64,000 bases of DNA, from NCBI GenBank assembly GCA_023515725.1, contig JALDTO010000137.1, positions 1-64,000 on the forward strand, read 5' to 3'. Shown here piece after piece: positions 45,901-57,541 of the stretch. Position numbers and translations under genes: made by a program. Within the stretch, counting starts at the first letter, position 1. Each line of letters begins with the position of its first letter. The notes under the pieces were generated by a model that saw nothing but the letters and a program-made list of their open reading frames with translations, was not told the origin of the DNA and made no database searches. Source of the stretch: Amoeboaphelidium protococcarum X5 (Eukaryota > Fungi > Aphelidiomycota).

Positions 45901-46318
45901 TATCACAAATGCGATTGCAATGTTGGTGATGACAAAAAAAGGTAAAGAGAAAAAGGAAGTAAACTACCTAATAAGGTGTCCATACGAAAGTTTAGATGGT
46001 ATGAAGCAGATCTAAATAAGACTGAGTAGAAGCACATGATAGAGTAAAGAGCACGCACGATTTAGTAAGGGAGTTTCCATAAAAGGGAAATCCAAAGCCA
46101 CAATTTGAGAACTCCGTTTCACAATGCTTACTAACGCTGAGCGACGGCCGTGCGTGCTGGTTGGCGCGTAGAACTTTTTAAGCCAGTTCTGGCCGCTGCC
46201 GAGACCCTTTTTGCCGCTGCTGCTCTATTAAAAAAGTTGTTAAAATCATTGCACTTGTCGGAACGTGCTCTGTTTGAACTAATCTGCTTTACTTTCCAAG
46301 AACACCTTGTTATTAAGT

Positions 46319-48014
46319 ATGGTTCGGAAGATTTACGAGTCGGATCATGTCACGCTATTTACTCCCGATGGGCTACATGATCCACAATCCTCTGATCACC
46401 AGTGTGATAATAGTGGCAATAATCTGGAAGTGCTTCTAGCTGAGTATTTTACAGCGTTTGAACAAGATTGTAATGTCTTGGAATCCTCTTACACCTCATA
46501 ATATCATGAATCACTTTGGAATAGTCTCCATCTGCCAGATCAACTACCGTCATTCAACTGGTAAAAGTATGTTATAAAGGTGCAAATCCTTCTCCTTGGT
46601 GCGATATACAAAAAATATTATCCGCGTTTGAGCTCTCCCGTTAGTGGCAACAAAGCTGCTCCAGCTGCGAAGAATGGCGATCGAGCGCGTGTTGTTTCAA
46701 ACACGTCGACTGTGCGACGTTTGCGGTCAAATGCGTTTAACTAGTCACTTGATGCACCGAACGTGGGTGGTGGTGATGTCTTTTATTCCAGATAATCTTC
46801 CGAGGATCTGTGTGATGATCCTCTTCTGCTCTCTGTGCCGCCAAGTAGCCGTAGTAGTTCCATGTCATCTTCTGGTATTTCGACTTGTCGTTAAAGCCCA
46901 TCACGCACCGTTTGCCTGCTTGATCCGATCTCTGAGCTAGTCCATACCGAACGCGTCTACGTCGAAGACATTTCCATGTTGATTAAGGTAAAATTAAAAA
47001 TTGGGAAGATAATGAGCTTATCATTAACTCAATCAGTTTGATGTGTAGTATGTGTATGAACCTCTAACAGTTGAGAATTCAGTTCTGGCCCTCTGTATAT
47101 TTGCCAATTTAAAAGATATTTATAATTTGCATGTTGAGATTCTGCAAGAATTGGACCAATAGGATGAATAATAACTGTCTGCATCATGTATTGGTTCAAT
47201 TTTCTTAAAAAATTCATCTAGATTCAGGATATATGCTTAATACTGCTCCAACTACTCCAATGCTGTTCTCCTGCTGCAAGATTAGCCTTGTGTTGCGCTT
47301 AGAAAACTTTTGGCTGCAGCTCCACTAGGTGGCCTAAATCTTGAGAGTCATCTTCTAAAGCCTATACAGAGAATATGCAAGTATCCTCTTTTACTCAATC
47401 AAATTATGAAGCAATCCTGCTGTACTTAAGGAGAATCTGAACATTTGCGACTGATAGTTGCGCAATTCCATGAACACCTACTGTAAATCAATGATGAGAC
47501 TAGTTAGGCCAAGAGTTTGCACAAAGTATGTGAAGTTGCTTCATCATTCAAGTAGAGCTATAGTATGGTGCAAATTGATAGAGAATTGATAAAAGAGGGC
47601 AGGTTGATATTATCTGAGCCAGCGATCGGTGTCGTTATGGTGTTCTTGTTCAATGATCAGATTGTGATTGCCAGTGGTGAAGTTGGCTCATTAAATCTAC
47701 TATACGCTATTCCCATAGGCAGTGTCAATGCAGTGTCACAAATCAGCTCAGGTTTGATTCTGGAGACTGTAGAGCTGGGGTACTTCACTTTCCAGGCTAA
47801 ATCTCAGCAGTCATCACAGAGGTGGATTGATGCTATCATGTCTTCAACCACGTCTTCATGCAACACTCAATAGTTTAATGCGCAGTCTCGCCATTTGCCT
47901 CAAGTAAATATCAATGTCAAGACATATAGACACTCGGGAAACTATGAGCAATTAATGACACCTCAGATGAACACTCTGTACATAAGTCACCAATGGACTG
48001 GCGAAACGCGTTGA
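46319..48014 (+). CDS. Dbl-family RhoGEF (DH-PH)
   Basis: ISELVHTERVYVEDI, IFANLKDIYNLH, LESHLLKPIQRICKYPLLL and PH segment FLFNDQIVIA..RWIDAI. Intron 46988-47048. An alternative upstream ATG lies at 46124. Confidence 0.82.
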
Positions 48015-48201
48015 ATGATAAGCGCCTTCTTTGTCAAGTGGGCCGTCCTCCAGTAGTCGTTGTTAATGAGTGAAATTTACAAAAATGAGAGTAGTCTTAT
48101 GAATGAATGACAAGCTGTGAAGAATTGTACAATAGGAATGAGTACCAAGCAATATGGATTATGAATTTTAATACTTCAATGGATGATAACAGATTATATA
48201 T

Positions 48202-50307
48202 TCATTTTCGACTTGACTTTCTAGTGCCAGCAGTATTATCAGCAGCGGATTGCTATTTCTTCACCTTGTTTAAGCGTTCATGTAGAGTACGCTTGCTACT
48301 ATTCTAGGCGGTAGAACTTGCACCAGCACCAACAGGAGCATTAAATAATCCAGGCGAATCTTTCCTATTTGGAGACCATGGAGCCATCTTTTCATCACGA
48401 CTGTAAGTGGACGGGCTCTTCAATATACTTCCATCAGGGCCATGAGCAACACCACCACCATTACCATCGGCACGCGGACGCTTCCTCTCAGGACTGACGC
48501 AGACATTTTCAAAAGTCTATCGAAGCACTTTGGCGGCATCAAGAGGTGACGAAGACTTTTAGTGTGATCTACCTCGTCTCTGCTGAGCTTTGAATTCATT
48601 GTCAAGTTCCATCATATCGAGAACGCGTTTAGGTGATGACGGTGCAATAGGCAAACGATTTAAAGCAGGAGATGCCGGTACTGACGTTGGAATGGCCACT
48701 TTAGATTACCTGTAGTCTTGCATGTTGGAATCTTACATCTGCTACTACTTAGCATCTAAAGACCCATTAATTTAAGCCAATGCAGGGATTTGATTGTTAA
48801 TGTTAGAAGGTGGTTTAGAGGCCTAATCTTTAGGCTCAAGTAGAAACATTGTAAACTAACCTCCACATCTGGCGGTAATTACACGCCTTCCTTTAAGTTG
48901 TACTTTAAATGGCACAGTCTCATCTTCCATTTCTTCATTACCCAGCTGATACGAGTGACCACTACCAAAAGTGTACAAACTACCACCAGCAGTGTATGCA
49001 ATGGTAAATCTAGATTGAGCATCTACTCCAACAACTTTGTCTTCATTCAGTGGTGGAAGTCCGTGTTGGTCATCAAATACAACTTGTGGCACTTCTCTAG
49101 GATATGGCTAATACTTTTACTTGTATGAGGCAGTGTTATCAACAGTCTAATTTCCTTATTATTACAGATTTGAATCACTATCAGCAGCACCATTCATAGC
49201 AAGTGTAGTTTCCAGCTCAGTATCCCGTTCATCTCCAAACACAGGTCGATCCGCTTCATAGCCCAACTATCCTTCCAGATTGGCACCCCACGTAAAGAGT
49301 CGACCATCTGCAGATACAGCCACAGAATGTGACTCTCCAGCAGCAATATCAATAATAGGCGGTAAATCTATTCTGGTCTTTCCATCAGCAGCTATGGCAT
49401 ACTGAACACGCTCGGGACCATTCAAGTGAGATAGTAAATCACCAAGACCCAGCTAACCACAATTATTGCAACCAAATGCATACAACTCGCCATTACTATT
49501 AACGTACATGGTATGATAAGCACCACCTGTAATCTTCACAATCTAATGCAGAATACTCTATCGCTTACCAAAACCTTTAATCTCATAAGGATCCAGATTA
49601 TTCTTGAATCTTGAACTAACACGTCTCCCCAGCTAGTATTCATCATTAGCACCAAATGCCCACAGCGTATCATCAGAGGTGATTGCAAATATATGATTTT
49701 CACCACTGCCCAGTGCAACTACTGTCTCTTTACCGAACGCACGCAATTTAATGGGCAAATTCTAACTCTTCCTCTCCATAAGTTTATTAAATCCGAGAAT
49801 TCCAGATGGATCTCTAAAACTACCCCAGGCGTAAACTTCACCAGCGTCACTCAGCACTGCACAAAAGGAATCGGCACAGACCATCTGGACCACTTTCACG
49901 TCCTGTCCATCATCATCTTTAATCCCAACTTTGAGTGGAGCCCAGGCTTCAGTGCCCTTCAACGGTTTCTCTCCATCACCATCATCATCACTAGAGTCCT
50001 CATCATCACTCTCCTCAATAACTTCTTCATGTGTAATTCTACCAAGAGCACCTTGGTCATTTATACCCCAGCTGTAGACGTTGCCATCTATGTCCAGAGC
50101 CAATGTGTGCTAACCACCACATTCCACGTCCACAATCTACTTGTCGTTCAACAACTTGACATTACCGGGCTTCCTGCGTTCATTCAACACAGCAGACAGA
50201 CCAAGCTCACCACCCACTCCAGAACCAAAAGTGAATACATGGCCAGCCTTCTGAGATCGTTTTATAATCTATCTCTAATGCTTATCAGGTGAATTTTATA
50301 GCCTCAT
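48202..50307 (-). CDS. RCC1: RCC1 family Ran GEF (Pim1/Srm1-like)
   Basis: RCC1 repeats VYSWGINDQGALGR, VYAWGSFRDPSGILGF and LYTFGSGHSYQLGN, then a basic low-complexity C-tail. Confidence 0.88.
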
Positions 50308-50524
50308 AACTCGAATATAAATTTTAATGACACTAGACTTAAGATACTATCACGAAATATAAATGAAGAAGAAAAAGAGAAACTGAACAAAAGAAAAGCG
50401 TTCAGATTCAGAACGCGATGAGCCGACGTCGAGATGGCATCTTGTTCATACAGATTAGCTCCTACAGTATAACAGAATCAAAAATCACCGACTTACTGTA
50501 TATTCATTCACTTAGAACAGATTT

Positions 50525-53128
50525 TCATCGCCTGCTTGCCCAAGGCCGTTATCTTTTAAGAACGGTGCAAATGATGAGGGAAAGTGAGTAAACGTCACCT
50601 GCTTTGAGAATCAGCGCGTTACGTTCCACTACATTCTATCTGTAGTTGTGAAGCACTTCTGGCGACGCGTAGTTGATGGACAAGCCTTTCAGTTCACTAA
50701 ACTTGAAGCCACTTATCTTTGGAGAATCGCTGTCTGCAATTTGAGCGATACCAAAATCTGTCAGTATAGGCACAAGCTGCCCATCTCGATCTACATCCAG
50801 TAGCACATTCTGCGGTTTCAGATCACAATGTATCACTTGCTGATCATGAACAAATTCTATCGTCTAGGAGAGGAACAGTGTTATTCTCATAAGACTTCGC
50901 TTCGTCAGCTTGTACATCTACGACGTGGGAGACTCTTTGTAGATGTATTGAGCCAAGGTGCCCAGAGGATAGTACTGAAGGAGCATTGCCGGTCTTTAAG
51001 TGTCATCATATCCAAACACGTGACAGATGAACGGCGCATCCCGGAATCGCCATAAAAGACTTAGCTCTTGATAGAATGACTGCACCTCTAGTGAACTCAA
51101 CGAATTTAGAGTACTATTCCAGAGTTTAAGTATCACATCATGGTCCTGCGATCGCTCTATTATATCTGAGTTCAATATTCGTGTGCGATACAACTTTGAT
51201 GTTCCACCTTTGGCCACCATTTACAATAGCTACACGTCTGTTGAAAGCTCAAACTTTAGAAATCCAGGTATGTACATAGCGTGCTGAGTCTCAACCTCCA
51301 TAGTGCGCCCATTTGTTTACGAGAAGGTTGTTGAGTAGACGGATTTCTTGGCCGAGATATCAGATGTAATGGTGTTCATTTCAATCAAGTTCTTCTACGA
51401 CGGAGGCATCAACTTTATCAGGTTTCTTTTTTATCGCCTTCGTTTATAGATAACGTAAAACAACACAATACCTGCTAGGATAACCACAAGACCCAGAATA
51501 CTTAATAGCATTATGACAAGCCACGATTGCAATAGTCCGTCTGTTTACTGCAATATTCCAGGTGGCAACTAACTTGATACAGACGATACTTTGAAGGTAG
51601 ACTGTGTGAAGGTCTAAACAGGAAACGATGCATATTATTGCCACTAAGACGACTGGGTAATGAGCAAAGTCGACGACTCCACAGCTGATGAAGGCTAAGC
51701 AACGGGTACTTCTGTTGTCTGAGGAGAAATTTCAGACAGTGCATCTCCAACTGATGAAGAAGATACTTATGCCGAATAGTTCACCGTGGAACTGCCATAG
51801 ATTAGGGAAGTAAACGTGGAAGCTGTCAATGAATTGAACATGCCCGGACTACTAGTGCTTTCTAATTGTGTCATTGTAGATGTACCATATAGTGTGCTTG
51901 AGTGCGTGCTATCAGAATCTACAACGACATACCCGGCTCCTAGATGAAAAGCAGCAACATTTACAAAGCCAAACTAGTCTACAACTATACCGAGCCCCAT
52001 GTCATCGAATTCACCACTGGAAGGAGCAGTAAAGAAGCTGGCAATGTAAGTCCATCTCATAGCCTAAGGATTAACGCGCACTATAATTCCAACTTTGCCT
52101 GAGCCATAAGGTAAAGTGCCCACTTAGCCAGCTGCCCAGCCTGTAGCCACCAAAAGGCCGGTGTATCGATCCAAAGTTATGGATTCAATAGCATCATCTT
52201 ACGTAGACCCATATATAAAGTTTTTATCCTACATCCAGGTACCTTCAAGATCTAATTAGGTTATCCACATATCAGACTTTGGTCCAGATGACGACTATTC
52301 CTTTTGTTAAATATAGCCAGCAGAGTAAATTGAAGATCCATCTTGGGAAAACACGATTGAATTTATACCAGCTCTACCTATAAAAGAGCTTTTATACTAC
52401 AGCTCCTTGACTAAAGTGCCATCTTCCGTAGAAATCTTGACAAAATACGCGTTCAAGTCATTGATGATTCCACCTGCATAAATATACCCATTTTAACGTG
52501 AATCCAAGAGCAGAGATCTCAATTCACAGCCATTTTGTTAACGCCGCTACACTGTCCACACGTGGCTACCATTAGTAGAATACTTTGAGATAAAACATTG
52601 ACTTGATGTCCATGTTGACGTATAATCTGGCGAGGAGGGAGAATTCAGTCGGCCATAAGTTGATCCAACAATATACAAAAACTCATTATCAACATCAACT
52701 TGAATATCCATCGCAAAATCGTCAGCTTTCGACCCGAAGACGCGTGACCATTGTATGGCTCCTGTTGCATTTAGCTTGAAAAGAGCAATATCAATGCCAC
52801 CAATGATGGGCTGATTGGAGATGAATTGATTAACGCAACGCCCCACTGTGTACACATCGCCAGACGCGTGATGAACACTCAAAGCTTCCAGCTGATTTCC
52901 CCTCTCAATACCAAAAGAGAGATCAACTGAAATTTCTTTATATTCAGGGCGGCCCTTTGCTATATGAAATAGCCCATTTTTAGAGCCACACATCCACTTT
53001 GCACCTTGGGAATCCAACGCTAGGTCTGTAACATTACTTGAAACAGCCAACTGTTATAAACTTTAGGGCGCCACCAGACTGAATTAGATAGTCGATAATG
53101 CCAAGACCACATAGAGTATCGCATTCAT
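50525..53128 (-). CDS. Receptor-like kinase 1: signal peptide, SBBP propeller, Ser/Thr stalk, TM, truncated kinase; 867 aa
   Basis: SBBP-like GGIDIALFKLNATGAIQWSRVFGSKADDFAMDIQVD..LYIVGSTYG. TM at about 51445-51510. Kinase motifs ILKLW, FYQE, HCDLKPQN, DFG, YASPE, GDVYS. Ends RPWASRR-TGA. Confidence 0.85.
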
Positions 53129-53330
53129 TTTATGAATTTTGTCAAGTGTGTATAAGTTAAAAAATCATTCAATACTAGACTGAATTAAGATATTCAAAGA
53201 TGACTAAGTCGGGCGGCAAGTCTTATAAATAGATGGGGCTCATCTTAGTAAAAGAATTTCATCATGAAATCTCAAATGTCCTGTACTGTATGTTCAAATG
53301 GTAATTAAATTCTTCTAAATTTATTAAACA

Positions 53331-54733
53331 TCATTACACTTACTATTAATTATAACGCTTTCCAGTAACAGTCCAAGGCTTTGAACGAGTCAAAATGTTG
53401 CACATCATTACAGCATATGCGTACACGTCGCCCGCTTTCAGCACTTGTGGTTACTTTTCAACGACCTGGCGCCTGAAATTCGACAAAACTTCTGGTGCAG
53501 CATAGGTCACCGTCAAACCTTTCTACTGACTTACTTGGAAAGCTGCAACCTGCAGAGCACTATTATCAGCAATACAAGAAATTCCAAAGTCAGATAGAAT
53601 AGGAACCAGCCAATGTGCAACTGGATCAGAATCTAACAGTACATTCTACGGCTTCAAATCACAATGCACAATTTGCTGATTGTGCATATAAGCCAACGTC
53701 TGAGCCAGAATCTTTAACAAAACATGAACCTAAACCTTACTGTATGGAAATTTAGTAACAGCTTGGCCTTCTCGAAGAACGTACGATGACAACGTGCCAA
53801 ATGGATAGTACTTCAGTAACATGACAGCTTCAAAAGTATCACAGTAAGTATATAGCTTTGTGATGTACGGAATATCTCTAAACTTCCACAACAAACTCAG
53901 CTCCTGGTAGAATGCCTGCTGATCATTCACAGACATTTACCCAATTGCATGATTACACACCTTGGCCACCGCCTGTTCATTACCGACCATATCATTGATT
54001 TTAGGTGCCAGAATACGGACAGCGTAAATTTTAGATGTGCCACCAGCAGCGACTTAATGCAGCAGCTAAAAGTCAGTTCCAAAATCACTCTTGAGAAAGG
54101 CAGGAATGTAGATTGCGTAATTAGTTGACAAAGCTGTGGTCTGCGTTTGCATAGCTGTTGCACTTGAAAGGTAACCAGTTTGCTGTGAAGATGAGTACGA
54201 TGTCGCTTTATATTCATGTCTTGATGTAGTATTAGCCTTTAACTATGTACGTCTTCTACGCTGACGACTTATCATAATAGCGCCAATCAAAACTGCAGCT
54301 ATAAAAGCAAACGCAACTATTCCCAATATACTTGCTAGCGAAATGATGCTAGAAGGTTACTACTGAGGAGCTTATGATCCATCATTAGGGCCAGAATCAT
54401 ACGACGCAGTGGATGTGAACTAGTAACTTACATAGCTAAAAGGGAACGCAAAAGTCAGCATAGTAGATGTAGTATGCGACGACGTCGAGCCAACCACGGT
54501 GGAACTATTCAAATTAACCAAAGACGACCATACATAAGTAGAAGATTCCATTGTTGTGCTCGTAAACATAACAGGAGTGGAAGACTTTGTAGTTGTAGTG
54601 GTAGTCGGAGTAGAGGTAGTAGTTGTTGTTGTCGTCGGGGTGGATGTTGTAGTGGTAGTCGTAGTAGTAGTAGTTGTGGTAGTAGTGGTCGTCGTTGTTG
54701 TTGTTGTGGTAGTAGTCGTTGTTGTTGTCGTAG

Positions 54734-54788
<55 letters not shown>

Positions 54789-56249
54789 TGTTGTAGTAGT
54801 GGTGGTTGTAGTTGTTGGAGTCGTTGTTGGAGTCGTTGTGGTGGTAGTAGTAGTTGTTGTTGTCGTAGTCGTAGGAGTCGTCGTCGTAGTCGTAGTTGTC
54901 GTAGTCGTAGGAGTCGTCGTCGTAGTCGTTGTCGTAGTCGTTGTTGTAGTTGTAGTTGTTGTCGTCGTCGTGGTAGTTGTCGTTGTCGTAGTCGTGGTAG
55001 TCGTCGTAAAAGGCTTCGTCGCGGTCGTCACCAACTTTGAAAGCGCATGACCCAAGTCCTAGTCAATTGCCAATCTGCCATTTGCTTCCAATTAGCACGC
55101 TATGTTCACATATCCATATCCATCAACTACTATTCCAAAACCGATATCATTCCAATTAGTTCCAACAGAGTAAAATCTATATAAAGTTATTCCAGCAAGA
55201 GTAGAAGGCGAAAGTCTCACGTAAAACCCATCTTTTCCACCCTCATTGAACATTCCCAAGAACTCACCCGTTGCCCATCCAGTGACCCAAACATTTCCGG
55301 ACGCAAAGTCGACAGTGATGGCTTCAAAAGCTTCTTCTTCCGAGGATCCCATTATCAAGCTCTTAGGCTACCTAGTACCAGCCAAATTGAACTCAGTAAC
55401 CCAGGCATCACCCTTTCCAGCCCAGGCTTTACCATCAATCGATCCCTAGATATACCCGGCGGCAAAAATACTAGAACCAGAAAGACTAAATGCCAGAGAA
55501 TTGAAGCCAGAGTTTGGAAAGCCAGAGTTTGAAGTGGATGAAATTTCGCTTCCATCATGAGGACTGAATATGGTCAAAAACGCTTTTTAATTGAAAACAC
55601 CACCAGCATAAATGTAATTATCATTGTTAGGCGCAACTAGAATTGATCTTATATCACATCCAGAAGTTGAAGTCTTTTGTACAGTCCAAATGTGTTGACC
55701 AGCAGCGCTATACTTTGATAGAAAGCACTGCGAAATGGACAGAGACTGACTTGAACCCGTGTTCACATAGCCATAAGTATTACCAGCGACGTACACAAAC
55801 TAGTTATACGAATCGACATATACTGTCTTTGGAAAGTCATTATACATTGAACCAAGTACACGCGTCCATATCACTGTGCCAACTGAGTTGACCTTAACCA
55901 GCGCAATATCAACTCCACCAATCAGTGATTGGCCATTAAACGCGTTGCTACAGCGACCCACAGCATACACCTCCAGCGTGGCAGTGTCAACACTCACAGC
56001 TTCAAATTGATTACCAGTGCCAGTACCATAGGTGACAGTGCGAATAATGTTTCTCGATGAAGGTTACAAATTTACCAGTGCGTAAAGGCCATTCTTAGAG
56101 CACGCAATCCACAGCGTGTTGTCTGAGCTTAATTTGACGTCTGTAGAGTTATCGCAAACAATTGGTGTGTAATATTGAGCTTGAGCGAGTTGAAACAGCA
56201 GTGCGATAATAAGCGCCAGCAGAGAGTGAAAGTATCTAAGCAAGATCAT
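53331..56249 (-). CDS. Receptor-like kinase 2: signal peptide, SBBP propeller, poly-Thr stalk, TM, truncated kinase; 972 aa
   Basis: ORF fragments 56064, 55800, 55587, 55092, 54420 and 53730 share one frame. Motifs HCDLKP[Q]N, SDFG, YAAPE, GDVYA. Ends KPWTVTGKRYNQQQVQ-TGA. Confidence 0.87.
54588..55007 (-). repeat. Poly-Thr (ACN)n coding stalk of kinase 2, with a pure (GTA)16 run at 54736-54783
   Basis: Degenerate trinucleotide repeat translating to about 140 residues of Thr with occasional Pro/Ser. Confidence 0.95.
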
Positions 56250-57541
56250 AAAAAATAGATAATCAGATTGTAAACACTTTAAAATGTTAATGTTATCGAT
56301 GGGACAGAAAGATGACTCTAGATGAAAAAAATTATTGACAGAGACTACTGCTGTTCACCAACTACCTATTTATAGCTCATATCAATGACAGCACAAAGTT
56401 ACTGAAAAGGCGGGTGTTGCGGTAACCAATTTGCATAAAATAAAACCCCATAATAATGGATAATCGCTTAACTCGAAGGATATATTTGGGACAGAACCGG
56501 ATTCCGTTTACTAAAACAAGTTAAATAACACTCTTGTTGATTCGGTACTGACGGATGAGCTAAAACTTGATCACTCGATCTTCTCACCTTATAAAGTTGA
56601 AACAACTGTATATATGATCGTTGCATCTCATATTCACTTCATTCTCTCTCTTTGTCCCTTCCTACACTTAAAAGATGCAGGCTGAAACAAGAAGATAGAG
56701 GGGCAGATGAAAAACCAAAAGCTTAACATCACAGTTCTCCGTGGTTTATTGAGTACAAATGCCGTCCCGGCCTCGATCTTAGAGCGCGCCTTTCTGTATC
56801 AAAATTCGGTTAGCGATTATTGTAAATTTCAAGAGGAAATCGCCGTCGAAGCACAAGCTGGGTAATATAAAGTGCCGCAGTTAACGAACAGATTACACTT
56901 CGTTTGTTGGCAGCCTCCTCCATTGGTAAGCTTTAGAATTTACACATTCAATTTCTTTAAACTTTTAGATTGTGACTCAATTCAACACCTTCTGAAAGCT
57001 CTTCACTTGAACAACTAGTGCGCCGAATCCAAAGACATTTCAACACAAAACGCGATGAACTTAATTCTACGACACCTGTTATAAACAACGAGGCTTTACG
57101 GCACATATGGAGAACTATTGACGATATGGAATGCAGCGAAGGAGTATATACAGTAAAAAGCACCTGATGACTTACTAGAACCGGATGTACGGAGTCTCAT
57201 AACTGTGGAATGTGCTAGTAAGGCTACATATCATTCCAGACAGTTGACTTGATTAAATGGTGCATGCGTGTCAATCCGACGACTTGTTATTGCCCAAATA
57301 TGCCACAAAACAGGCTTTTCAGTACAGTTGTAGTAAGTAGCATTGATCTTTACTGCAATATGTAACACATGTGGCTTGGCACCAGCAACGGCATCGTCAA
57401 AAGTACTAAAATATGTGAGCTTAAATGGCGAAACAGCCAACCATTTGGGTGTTGAAAGCCTTGAAAGAGATAAATGACAAGTTTTATCATAAACACAGTT
57501 ATCTCTTTATTATCATCTCATTTTAACATCAATATCAATTC

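Noticed and set aside
49693-50292. Long opposite-strand ORFs (49693-50292, 38529-39110, 34848-35369, 5988-6425)
   Set aside because: They lie antisense to RCC1, the ABP34-like gene, PMC1 and TOM22, and show no recognisable motifs.
54474-55050. + strand poly-Val and Ser/Arg/Cys-rich ORFs (also 58761-59330)
   Set aside because: These are antisense shadows of the poly-Thr stalks.
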